From Pyrolobus fumarii 1A (GTDB lineage: Archaea > Thermoproteota > Thermoprotei_A > Sulfolobales > Pyrodictiaceae), in assembly GCF_000223395.1 (NCBI RefSeq), contig NC_015931.1, positions 720,001-752,000 on the forward strand: DNA of 32,000 nt. The letters are read 5' to 3'. Positions 1 through 8,631 of this stretch are shown here, one piece after another; positions within the stretch are counted from its first letter, which is position 1, and every line of letters starts with the position of its first letter. The position numbers were made by a program, and so were the translations under genes. A model generated the notes under the pieces. That model was given only the letters and a program-made list of their open reading frames with translations, was not told the origin of the DNA and did not search any database.

Positions 1-207
1 AAGTTCGTAATTGGCTCCAGAGACGATCTCATCGAGGTTGACGAGTTTGTAGACAGGCATGGTATCAATCCCCAGGATGTATGGCTAATGCCCCTGTCAA
101 CGTCTATCGAGGAGCAGACCAGGCTATTGCCACTACTAGCAGGTCACGCTATAAGACGCGGATATAACGTCACGCCTAGATTGCAGCACTTGGCGCGCAT
201 AAAGTGA
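1..207 (+). CDS. 3' end of a QueE-like (7-carboxy-7-deazaguanine synthase) radical SAM protein; partial, enters from the left edge
   Basis: Frame 1 is open from base 1 to TGA at 205-207 (absent from the ORF track because it has no start). Translation: KFVIGSRDDLIEVDEFVDRHGINPQDVWLMPLSTSIEEQTRLLPLLAGHAIRRGYNVTPRLQHLARIK. The KFVI..D...LMP...V.PRLQ.L pattern matches QueE C-termini as I recall them. Confidence 0.5.
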   Translation, partial: KFVIGSRDDLIEVDEFVDRHGINPQDVWLMPLSTSIEEQTRLLPLLAGHAIRRGYNVTPRLQHLARIK

Positions 208-583
208 CGCTAGTCATAAACAAGCAAACCTAGAACTGTTGATGCTGACAGATGCTAACCATTACCTCCGGCAATAGAAGTCGTATAAAGCTAGCGATTA
301 AATCATTATTCCCACTCTGGTTCTCTTCGCGGGAGGACACTTACAATGGTTAAGACCCTATAACGCCTAGCGAGATTATCATAGATTTGCGGCTCTTAGC
401 TCTTACAGTGACCATTGAGGCCACCAGAGAGTCTACATGCTATACACACCTTGAAAGCATACCAGTAGATTATGTCTTCTCGCCCGAGTTGCCCACCCCC
501 TATCAGCGGGAGCTAAAGAGCCCAGTCTCCTAAGCTACTGGGTGTAAGCTTACCGTAAGTGGCTTGATCCGCTAGGCGCCTCC

Positions 584-1024
584 ATGGTTACCGGGAGTGC
601 TCTTATGCCGCGATATAAGCTTCCTGAAGAGTGGGTTGAGAAGGCTAGGGTTTTCGTTGAGGATGCTGAGAGGCATATAGAGGCGGGTCACTATTGGCTT
701 GCATGCTTTGAGGCTCAACAAGCTGCCGAGTTGTACCTTAAGGCGTTGATAACTGCTGTTGCGGGTGTCCATCCATTCACACACGACCTTGTTGAGCTTC
801 TCGAGGCTCTACGTGACCTCGGTTTCAACGTGCCCGAAGAGCTATACGTATATGCAGATGCACTTACACCCCACTATACACTGGCTAGATACCCGGGTAG
901 AAAGCCGGTAACGTATAACAAGGGGCTCGCCAAGAGGTGCGTTAGATATGCAAGAATACTCATCGAGTGGGTTGAGAGCCAAGCTGCTCAAAGCGATGGC
1001 GGAGAGACTAAGGAGACAGGATAA
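584..1024 (+). CDS. HEPN domain protein (toxin-like partner of a HEPN-MNT pair)
   Basis: 146-aa ORF. Contains EAGHYWLACFEAQQAAELYLKALI ... HDLVELLEAL ... TLARYPG, the classic HEPN helices and RYP tail. An alternative ATG lies at 605. Confidence 0.8.
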   Translation: MVTGSALMPRYKLPEEWVEKARVFVEDAERHIEAGHYWLACFEAQQAAELYLKALITAVAGVHPFTHDLVELLEALRDLGFNVPEELYVYADALTPHYTLARYPGRKPVTYNKGLAKRCVRYARILIEWVESQAAQSDGGETKETG

Positions 1025-1337
1025 GCTTCTAATGGAGTACGTGAAGAGAATCCTTGACAACTACCCTCACGCAAGGGTGATACTTATAGGCTCTCGTGCA
1101 CGAGGCACCCAACTACCCTACAGCGATTTTGATCTCGTGGTCGTGCTACCCAGGGTACACGATAAGCTCACGCTAATAGAGGAGCTGAGGAGACTCAAGC
1201 CTAGAGGGCTAAACCTAGACCTCATAGTACTCGAGGAAAGCGAGTTATCCGATCCGATAGTGAAGAAGATGCTCAAGAACAGCATAGATCTTCACAATCC
1301 TCATAATGCACGTAATGTAGATACACGTTCCTCTTAG
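948..1337 (+). CDS. Minimal nucleotidyltransferase (MNT), partner of the upstream HEPN protein
   Basis: ILIGSRARGTQLPYSDFDLVVVL is the GSxxxG...DxD pol-beta-type nucleotidyltransferase motif. GAGGTG lies 8 nt upstream of ATG 948. Alternative ATGs at 996 and 1032 would shorten the 77-nt overlap with the HEPN gene. Confidence 0.75.
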   Translation: MQEYSSSGLRAKLLKAMAERLRRQDKLLMEYVKRILDNYPHARVILIGSRARGTQLPYSDFDLVVVLPRVHDKLTLIEELRRLKPRGLNLDLIVLEESELSDPIVKKMLKNSIDLHNPHNARNVDTRSS

Positions 1338-1457
1338 GAGGCGCTCTAAACGTCAATAGAGGGACGTAAAAGTCTATCCATGGATCGTATAGAGCATATA
1401 GGGGTAAAATGAGGACATCCACGCCATGGAGCACGCCACGAACGCATCAATTTATTC

Positions 1458-1469
1458 AAAAAAAAAAAA
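1458..1469 (-). terminator. T12 tract (A12 on the + strand) downstream of the large surface-protein gene; candidate archaeal oligo-T terminator
   Basis: An uninterrupted run of 12 A on the + strand at 1458-1469. This is T12 on the minus strand, 56-67 nt beyond the stop at 1525. Confidence 0.4.
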
Positions 1470-1524
1470 TGTGCGATTAACGGCGGATATCTATCATGCC
1501 TACATACAATTAGCATTCTAGGCG

Positions 1525-4500
1525 TCATGATTGATGACGGCGTAGGTGTAACGCTACGGACGCGGCCAGAGTCGCGCCAGTTACGCCTATTATAGCTTGG
1601 AGCATCGACGTTTGTGTAGTCAATGTGTCCTCTACTTTACTGAGTCTGCCCTTCACGTTTGTCACCTCACTCTTCAAGTAGTTTACATCGGCTTCGATCT
1701 TTGACGTCTTGTCTATAACCTGGTCTATTTTGCCGGTGACTCGCTCCTCCATAGCCGATATACTACCCTTGACATCCGCCACAGCTTTGCCGATGCTATC
1801 CTCTACATACTTCTCAATGTGTGCTCGTGCCGTTTCTATCTCGCTTGCTAGCTTCTCTCCTACCTTCTTGACAGTCTCGCTGACACTGCTTATACTACTG
1901 GCGAGTTTCGCCTGTACCTCGTTCAGCGCGGTGATGATCGCATCCTGGCTCTCTGCAATCCTTCCAGATATCTCGTTTGCCACCGCCTCTAGTTTCTGCT
2001 CTACACGAGTCTCTATCTCGCTCAGCTTGTTGTTCAGCTTGTTTTCAAGCTCCGTTGCGACACTCGCAGCTAGCTTGTCAACAGTGACGCTTTGTATAGT
2101 GATGCCCTCGCCAGCCACATACTCGCCTTTATACACTGCCCTCACGGTAATGGTGTATGTCCCGGGTTCTACACCAGCGAGTTTGACTAGGTACGCTCCT
2201 TTCCCTAGACGCTCTACATGCACAGTAGGCTTGACCGGTCCTTCGACGCTCACGTCTAGTTCTGCATCAACCGGCTTATCATCTAGCGAGACTTGCACCG
2301 GGACAACTACAGTATCCTTAGCGTTGACGAGAACAGCGCCAATGCTTATCTTCAACGGCTTAGCTAGTCTAACTGCGATCCTCTCCGTGAATAGCTCCTG
2401 GATTAGCTCGAGATAGTTGTTTGCGAGGCTCGGGTAGTACATTACTATCGGCGACGGCAGCCTGGGCATCACGTATACTACATGGACGCCCGGCTTGTCA
2501 TAGCTCACACTGAACTCTATACTATCGTTCAACGAGGTTACAACCAGGTCGCCATCTATGTACACCTCGACGGGTGTCGCTGGCATAGTAAGTAGCTGGG
2601 CAGCCCATACCTTAACATTCAGCCTGCCATCCTCGTGGTGGGCATATAGGCCTAGAGCGGATGCCGTCATGAGCACATAGCCGGACTTGTGCACAACACC
2701 TACCAGCATGTTGCCGGTCAGCTTGCCTCCAAGTTTTACTTGCTCGCCTGGCTTCGCTATCGTAATTGGCTTCAGAGCCGTAAGCTGGATGCCGAAGTTA
2801 CGCTCGACAGCCACAGATGCAAGCTTGACACCGTCGCCCGCGACGACAAGGCTCTCTGTGTAACCAGGCTTGTAAATCGGCATCTTGCCCTCGACGTAAA
2901 GTGGCATGTATAGCACGGAGGCGTCAAATAACTTGAAGAACCTTGACAGCGTAACATTTGGCGCCGGCTTGGGCTCTGGTAGCGGCGCTGGCAGTGATAG
3001 TAGCGGGTCGCCCAGAAGCGTCAACTGGAGCACTGTTGTATGACCAAGGGTCACTGTCATACCACCCATACTGAGCTCCGGATATAGCTGCGATAGCGTA
3101 TCATTGAGGTAGAGGACTGTTCCCTTCCAGACAGCCTCGCCTAGCGTCCTAGCTCCCGAGGCCCACGCCTTAGCCAGGTAACCGTGGAGGAGTATAGCGC
3201 CACCTATGTTTGCACTCACCAGACCATTCTTTACGGCGAATATTGGGATCTTGAACCACTCGAAGGCGGACCTTGCGTGACCAACGTATGCTACTCCACC
3301 CCATCCAGCTGCGATAGCCCACCCTACACTCGGCGGGCTAAACCATGGCGACGGGACTAGGTCGAAGTCCCATGCGCCATTCATACAGGCAACGCTCGTT
3401 ACCACACCTATCTTTGTCCTCTTAGCGCTCTTCTCTAGCAGGTCGGTTGCGTTCACTAACTCCTCCCAAGTTATCATATTCACAGTCTCATTGTACACTA
3501 GGTCTGCCCATGAGTTGCCACTGCCATGCGCAATCACTGTTATCCATGCTGGCTGCTCCTTCTCGAGGAAGAGGCTACGGAAGTTCTCTCTAGTGTAGTT
3601 GCCGAGAACCCTAGTCATGAACTGAGGCTCTAGGTTTCTGAAGATGCCTAGCTTTACGCTGTATGTCGAGATGCCAGCCTCTCCTACGGGTGGCGCCATA
3701 GCGAACGGGTATCCTCCTATGACGAGTATGGTGGGGCTCCGCTGGTACTCCTCGTACAGCTTTACCTTCTCGAAGTACATCTGGATTAGGTATGGGTTGC
3801 TAAACGGCAGCCTCCCGACGTAGACATCTGGGTTGAAGTCGAGGTCGAGATCAGCATAGAGGTAGTCGGTTGGTATCCACCCGTTGTACGGGTCTACGAA
3901 GAAGTATTCTATGATGCTGAGGTAGTAGTAGCTCGGCGGTATTTCGGACGCGGAGCCCACTATGAGCACATGGGTTACTCCGTATGCCTGCTTCGCAAGC
4001 GCGATGAAGCCCCTTACCTGGGCAGCCAGAGTGAAATTATAGTATTGCATGATCTCTGGTGGCGGCGGGTACACTGGCATTAGTATGCCGGGTAGCGGTA
4101 TCTGCGGGAATAGAGGTGGCGCCTTTGTCACGTTCTCGAGGCTTGCAGCCACCACCTTAACGTTTGGATGGACGCTCTTCTCCAGCTCGGCTACCAGCTT
4201 CGCAATTTCCATGGTAGGGGCGATTACGAGCAGGACTGGCGAAGTACTACTCTCACTCTGCATCTCTACCTTCTCGGCGTACACCTTGACGCGCAGCATC
4301 GACGTGTATACTACCTTACCATCGTGATGTTGAACCGGGTATATGTAGATGTGTAGTACCTTCTTGCCGTTGAGTTTCAATGCGAAGTACGTGTAGTAGA
4401 CTCCTGGTGTCACTCGCTCATAGAAGCTCTCTACAGTGCCACGTACCAGAGGCTTGTCCGTATCGAGGCGCAGGGGAGAAGGCATAGGCTCGACGGGCTT

Positions 4501-4881
4501 AACCAGCTTAAGCTCTTGGATTGATAACGGCTCGACGACTACTACCGGGCGCGTGTCCAGTGGTAACTCGAACACCATGTGTATCGCTGGGAGTCTCGGG
4601 CCTCCAGGCAACCCGACATACACTACCTTGCCTGTGCTCGCGTGTAGCTCTAGCTTACTCCAGTTACCATCTTCATCGACATTGAGTCCTATGTAGATAG
4701 TCTTCTCGTACAGAAGGGTCGAGTCGCGCGGGACCACGGGGTTCGGCATTGCTACGCCAAGCGACGCTAGGGTCTCCGCGGGGCTCGAGGCTGCAGCTAA
4801 TATCGGCGTTACTGCGAGCAACACTACGAGCGTAATAATAGCAGCTAGTACTCTACGATGACCAGACATACTTTCATCCAT
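1525..4881 (-). CDS. Large cell-surface protein: signal/TM, peptidase C25 (gingipain)-like domain, beta-sandwich domains, long coiled-coil stalk, C-terminal TM anchor
   Basis: The ORF is open to 4941, but MDESMSGHRRVLAAIITLVVLLAV (ATG 4881, or 4869) gives a normal signal and avoids overlap with xpd. C25-like motifs are HVLIVGSASEIPPSYYY, DYLYADLDLDFNPDVYVGRLP, VIAHGSGNSW and SVACMNGAWD. The last ~190 aa are heptad/hendecad-patterned, followed by AIIGVTGATLAASVALHLRRHQS. Confidence 0.7.
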   Translation of the reverse strand: MDESMSGHRRVLAAIITLVVLLAVTPILAAASSPAETLASLGVAMPNPVVPRDSTLLYEKTIYIGLNVDEDGNWSKLELHASTGKVVYVGLPGGPRLPAIHMVFELPLDTRPVVVVEPLSIQELKLVKPVEPMPSPLRLDTDKPLVRGTVESFYERVTPGVYYTYFALKLNGKKVLHIYIYPVQHHDGKVVYTSMLRVKVYAEKVEMQSESSTSPVLLVIAPTMEIAKLVAELEKSVHPNVKVVAASLENVTKAPPLFPQIPLPGILMPVYPPPPEIMQYYNFTLAAQVRGFIALAKQAYGVTHVLIVGSASEIPPSYYYLSIIEYFFVDPYNGWIPTDYLYADLDLDFNPDVYVGRLPFSNPYLIQMYFEKVKLYEEYQRSPTILVIGGYPFAMAPPVGEAGISTYSVKLGIFRNLEPQFMTRVLGNYTRENFRSLFLEKEQPAWITVIAHGSGNSWADLVYNETVNMITWEELVNATDLLEKSAKRTKIGVVTSVACMNGAWDFDLVPSPWFSPPSVGWAIAAGWGGVAYVGHARSAFEWFKIPIFAVKNGLVSANIGGAILLHGYLAKAWASGARTLGEAVWKGTVLYLNDTLSQLYPELSMGGMTVTLGHTTVLQLTLLGDPLLSLPAPLPEPKPAPNVTLSRFFKLFDASVLYMPLYVEGKMPIYKPGYTESLVVAGDGVKLASVAVERNFGIQLTALKPITIAKPGEQVKLGGKLTGNMLVGVVHKSGYVLMTASALGLYAHHEDGRLNVKVWAAQLLTMPATPVEVYIDGDLVVTSLNDSIEFSVSYDKPGVHVVYVMPRLPSPIVMYYPSLANNYLELIQELFTERIAVRLAKPLKISIGAVLVNAKDTVVVPVQVSLDDKPVDAELDVSVEGPVKPTVHVERLGKGAYLVKLAGVEPGTYTITVRAVYKGEYVAGEGITIQSVTVDKLAASVATELENKLNNKLSEIETRVEQKLEAVANEISGRIAESQDAIITALNEVQAKLASSISSVSETVKKVGEKLASEIETARAHIEKYVEDSIGKAVADVKGSISAMEERVTGKIDQVIDKTSKIEADVNYLKSEVTNVKGRLSKVEDTLTTQTSMLQAIIGVTGATLAASVALHLRRHQS

Positions 4882-4900
4882 ATCGGAGGGGCTCTGTAAC

Positions 4901-4908
4901 TTGTATAA
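4901..4908 (-). promoter_or_regulatory. TATA-box candidate (TTATACAA on the minus strand) for the surface-protein gene, inside the 3' end of xpd
   Basis: The + strand ttgtataa at 4901-4908 lies 20-27 nt upstream of ATG 4881. This spacing fits a leaderless crenarchaeal transcript. Confidence 0.35.
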
Positions 4909-4913
4909 CAGCG

Positions 4914-6815
4914 TTACTGGATGTGCACACTCGTATCCCACAATCTCCTAACGGCCACGCGCAGAGCTTCACGTAACTCTTCTATGCTTTTGACAACCCT
5001 GTGGTATTTCAACCTGAGTAGCTCGCGGATACGAGGATTGAGGTACCTACGGTCCCCGAGAATGTATATTGCGCGATCCTCGTCGCTACGTATTGCTCTA
5101 CCCAGCGCCTGCCTGGCCTTCACGTAAGCCGTGACAGTGTATACGTAGTAACTGGCCTGAACCGGACCAACCTTCTCTGCAAGCTTCTCTATAACAGCCT
5201 TTGTGTAGTCATCGGGTTGCGGGTACGGGACGCCAGCCAGCATAACAGCGCTTATCAAACTCCTACCGTCACGGGTCAACTCTACTCCTTCCACGAGTTT
5301 CCCTCCAGCCACAGCATTCACTACCACCACTCTATGCTTCTCTAGGAGTTTCTCCACCTCCTTTCTCAAAGCATCAATGTTTGTATCCCTCTCTTCGCTA
5401 ACCATCACCACGTTACTAGAGAGCCTCGATACAATCTCTTTCATGAACTCGTAGCTCGGATAGACTACTAGTATGGCGCCCCTCAGTTCCTCCGCCAGCG
5501 TCTTCACGTACGAGGCGTACATATTGTACATCTCGCCGCTGCGTTCCCCGTAGCGTGACGTCAACTCGAGCGTCACAATCGTGTAGTACTTGCCGGATAT
5601 GTTGGATCCGTAGAGCAGCTCGGTGTCTATACTTACGCTACGCCTCTCGACGCAAAGAACGTCCCTGATGAACCTCTCGGGTGGCAGCGTCCCGCTCATC
5701 AGTATCACAGCCTTTGCGTTCATCAACGGTTCTCTGGTCACAACACAGTGGTCTACGGGCAGCGCTACTAGTTCTGCCTCGCCACTCTTACCCCTAGTGA
5801 CGAACACCTCTACACCCTCGAGAGACACTAGAGACGCGAAGACGGCAACCCTCGTCGCCGCGACACGTATGCGTGCTGCACTCGACGCACCCCCGCCAAG
5901 TGCTTCCCTGAACTTCTCGAGTCGAATCTCGGCAGCTAGGTCTGCTAATGCACCAGGATCCTCAACGGCACGGAGAACGATGGTCTTGTTTATGCGGCGT
6001 AGGCGGCCCTCGGGGGGCGGTTTCAGCTTAGCTAGTATACTGCGGAGTCTGGCAGCGACCGTCCTTCCCCACTCGGAGTCCGGTGCATACCTCTCAACCT
6101 CGGCGGCGAATGCCTCCACGTCGCGCCTCCGCAGCCTCTCCTCCAGTATCGAGCTAACGTCCATCAATGCATGCGCCTCATCCACGACGATGACATAGTC
6201 GCTGTACTCGTGCGGCTCGAACACAGACTCGAAGATGTCACGCTTGAAGACATAAGGGTACGTCGCTACTATGAATTTCACATCATCCACTAGCATCTTG
6301 AGCGCGAAGAATGGACATAGTCCCAGCTTCTCTAACTCCCGTACAGCGGCATACGGGCTAGGAGCGACCCTCCTAACCGCGTTGATTACAGGGCCTTTCA
6401 CATCACCCATCTGGACTAGGTTCTCGTAGTAGGGGCAGACGCCCTTCAAGCGGGCCAAGCGGCAATTCTCCCAGAACTCGTCGGGAGGCGGCGCCTCGCC
6501 ACGCTCCCCGCGCAGCAGAGGGCACATCCTCCTAGCACTATAGAGGAAGACGTAGTCGACACCGAAGCGGCTTAACTCGCGAAGCACCGGCTCTATCTCG
6601 TTACGCGTCCTCACAAGATACAACACGCGCTCTACCCCAGCCAGGAGCAGCCCGTATATCACTGCAGCCGTCTTGCCGAAGCCCGTCGGCGCCCTCAGCA
6701 GTAGAACCTCGCCCCTCTCAACAACCCTCTTTACAACCTCGGCTACCTCGCGCTGCCCTCGGCGGAACCTATCATACGGGAACCTCACGTTCTCTTGCTT
6801 GCCAGCGTTGCTCAC
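4914..6815 (-). CDS. xpd: XPD/Rad3-family 5'-3' DNA helicase with Fe-S cluster domain
   Basis: Walker A LLLRAPTGFGKTA and DEAH box VVDEAHAL. Four Cys lie between them (MCPLL, ENCRLA, VCPYY, LCPFF), as in the XPD 4Fe-4S domain. GTG start is preceded by GGGGAGGGG. Confidence 0.85.
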   Translation of the reverse strand: MSNAGKQENVRFPYDRFRRGQREVAEVVKRVVERGEVLLLRAPTGFGKTAAVIYGLLLAGVERVLYLVRTRNEIEPVLRELSRFGVDYVFLYSARRMCPLLRGERGEAPPPDEFWENCRLARLKGVCPYYENLVQMGDVKGPVINAVRRVAPSPYAAVRELEKLGLCPFFALKMLVDDVKFIVATYPYVFKRDIFESVFEPHEYSDYVIVVDEAHALMDVSSILEERLRRRDVEAFAAEVERYAPDSEWGRTVAARLRSILAKLKPPPEGRLRRINKTIVLRAVEDPGALADLAAEIRLEKFREALGGGASSAARIRVAATRVAVFASLVSLEGVEVFVTRGKSGEAELVALPVDHCVVTREPLMNAKAVILMSGTLPPERFIRDVLCVERRSVSIDTELLYGSNISGKYYTIVTLELTSRYGERSGEMYNMYASYVKTLAEELRGAILVVYPSYEFMKEIVSRLSSNVVMVSEERDTNIDALRKEVEKLLEKHRVVVVNAVAGGKLVEGVELTRDGRSLISAVMLAGVPYPQPDDYTKAVIEKLAEKVGPVQASYYVYTVTAYVKARQALGRAIRSDEDRAIYILGDRRYLNPRIRELLRLKYHRVVKSIEELREALRVAVRRLWDTSVHIQ

Positions 6816-7017
6816 TACCCCTCCCCTTACTTCTAGCCAAGCCTACAGGCTAGCCTCGGCCCCCGGTAAGCGGTACGGACGACAGGCTGTAGACACCGAC
6901 CCGCTAATGCACGACAGTGTTTAGGGCCGCGAGAACACGAGATTCGAATCCTGGGCCGTGACGACACCTCGTTGAGCTGACCCGTGATGAGGGGTTGCCG
7001 GGTCGCGAGCCCCGCCC

Positions 7018-7665
7018 TTAGCGCCGCGCTATCAAGTCGAGTATGGCTTGTAAAAGCTCCTCCGGCGTCGCCACCCTCTCACCACAACTATATCCACTCC
7101 AGGCGTATCCACGCGGATATGGAGGGCGGTACGCGAAGCGTATAGACTCGACACGCTCCACGCTAGAAGCTATACACGTGTTGCCCGGCTTATCATCCAC
7201 GTAGATGAGTTTATCTAGATGCTCGTCCTCCACTAGGTTCTTCAGCGCGTCCCTTAGCCCCCCGGGCTCATACACTACAACCCTATCAACCAACATGTTG
7301 ACCCCGTATGCCTCCACTCTTCTCATCTTCTCGTCGCGTGTCGCATCCGCGCCACACACGATGTACAGCTTAACGCCGAGACCTCGCAACTTCCACAACA
7401 AGTCGACAACACCAGTGGGCCTCCCCAGGGCTACCCTCGACACCCATATGACGTCATGGATTAACGGCGGTAAGTTGAACACACTGTAGGCTCTCCTCCT
7501 ATCCCACGCACCAAGGTACTCCGCTATATCCTCGAGATGCTGGAGAATCTCCGGCGGCAGGCGTAACGCTGTTGCCAACTCGGCTAGTAGACTAGGCATG
7601 AACCAATAGGTATCGTAGAGTACACCATCGAAATCAAACGCCACGCCAAGCTTCAAAACTCTCAC
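7018..7665 (-). CDS. HAD-superfamily hydrolase
   Basis: N-terminal VAFDFDGVLYDT (DxDG motif I) and a distal YVDDKPGN-type motif. 215 aa, GTG start. Confidence 0.7.
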   Translation of the reverse strand: MRVLKLGVAFDFDGVLYDTYWFMPSLLAELATALRLPPEILQHLEDIAEYLGAWDRRRAYSVFNLPPLIHDVIWVSRVALGRPTGVVDLLWKLRGLGVKLYIVCGADATRDEKMRRVEAYGVNMLVDRVVVYEPGGLRDALKNLVEDEHLDKLIYVDDKPGNTCIASSVERVESIRFAYRPPYPRGYAWSGYSCGERVATPEELLQAILDLIARR

Positions 7666-7826
7666 CCATTCTGGGGCTCGTGCCGGTCGGTAAAGCCAGG
7701 GTTCAGCATAGGCATGTCCTCAGGATTCCCGCCCGGGAGGACCTCCTCATCCCGTGTTCTTGACTAGCGGTAAAACACGCCTGCCTAAAAACAAGCTTGG
7801 GTTCATACAACGAGCCTTGGCTCGCT

Positions 7827-8564
7827 TCACCCGCTGGTTGCCCCGCTCGATACAACACCAGTTTGACCGCTTTCCAGCTTCGAGAGAGCTATACCAGAGT
7901 AATAGTAGACTAGTATGGATGTGACCAGGAGTAGTGCAGCACCAACCGACATGTTGAAGATGGACAGCACCATGCCTACGAGCAGCAAGATACCTGCTAT
8001 CTTCAACCCTCCTTCGATCTTATCAAGGCGTAGGAGCATTATCGCGAACATTACTCCACCTATGAAGCTTATCAATGCGCCGAGGAACATCCCACCAAAG
8101 GCGGCAAGTGCAAGCCCGACTACGCCGCTACTGACCAGAGCTATGGCAACCACTATTGACAATAGTATTATCACGTACCCGATTAGCACGAGGAGTGCTC
8201 CGGTGGCGCCTATCCCGTAGCTAGGGTCGTACAGTGAAAGGTGTGTTGCAGCACGACGCCATACAATCCATGCCAGGATGGCGAGTACAAGCCCAAGGGC
8301 TATTGCGGCGAAATACGGGATTGTAGCCAGGAGGACCCTACCGATTATCCGGGTTGCATGCTCTGGCCCCATTGGCGCTTCTGCAGGCACAGCAATGCCG
8401 CCCATCGCAGCTAAGGAACTCGCTATCATGAACACCCCGCCAGCCACTATAAGCACGAAGGAGATTATGTTGTATAGCGCTCCTCTGCGCAGCGCCGCGA
8501 GACCCTCACGCAGCGCATTGTGTTTATCGTTTCCTAAGGCTCCCGTCTCTGATGTTATAGCCAC
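7827..8564 (-). CDS. Polytopic membrane protein of unknown function (possibly DUF973-like)
   Basis: 245 aa with about 6 hydrophobic helices (for example IISFVLIVAGGVFMIASS and LVLAILAWIVW). No catalytic motif recognised. The family guess is from memory only. Confidence 0.55.
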   Translation of the reverse strand: MAITSETGALGNDKHNALREGLAALRRGALYNIISFVLIVAGGVFMIASSLAAMGGIAVPAEAPMGPEHATRIIGRVLLATIPYFAAIALGLVLAILAWIVWRRAATHLSLYDPSYGIGATGALLVLIGYVIILLSIVVAIALVSSGVVGLALAAFGGMFLGALISFIGGVMFAIMLLRLDKIEGGLKIAGILLLVGMVLSIFNMSVGAALLLVTSILVYYYSGIALSKLESGQTGVVSSGATSG

Positions 8565-8631
8565 TGGGCTACACCTCTATACCATGTTGTAATACCAGTA
8601 GGTGACTAAAGGGAGTTATGGCTCAACGTTC

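Noticed and set aside
1346-1528. 60-aa minus-strand ORF between the MNT gene and the surface-protein gene
   Set aside because: It spans the T12 tract (FFFL from poly-T). It has no start context or motif and lies in a probable terminator region.
1709-2416. 235-aa + strand ORF antisense to the coiled-coil region of the large surface protein
   Set aside because: The sequence is Ser/Thr/Leu-rich low complexity, as expected for the reverse frame of a Glu/Lys/Ala-rich coiled coil. It has no motif and lies wholly inside a much better-supported gene.
4882-4941. N-terminal 20-codon extension of the surface protein ORF overlapping the xpd 3' end
   Set aside because: MGYECAHPVTLLYKLQSPSD precedes a normal Met-initiated signal sequence. 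A TATA-like element sits within the extension, so the shorter start is favoured.
5623-6198. 191-aa + strand ORF inside xpd
   Set aside because: It is a shadow ORF opposite a gene with clear helicase motifs. Its composition is Ser/Arg/Ala-rich and non-protein-like.
6921-6965. tRNA-like fragment containing TTCGAATC (T-loop consensus)
   Set aside because: The flanking five nucleotides on each side are not complementary in either strand or register I tried (CGAGA versus CCTGG). No acceptor or anticodon arm could be built. It is kept only as part of the GC-rich spacer finding.
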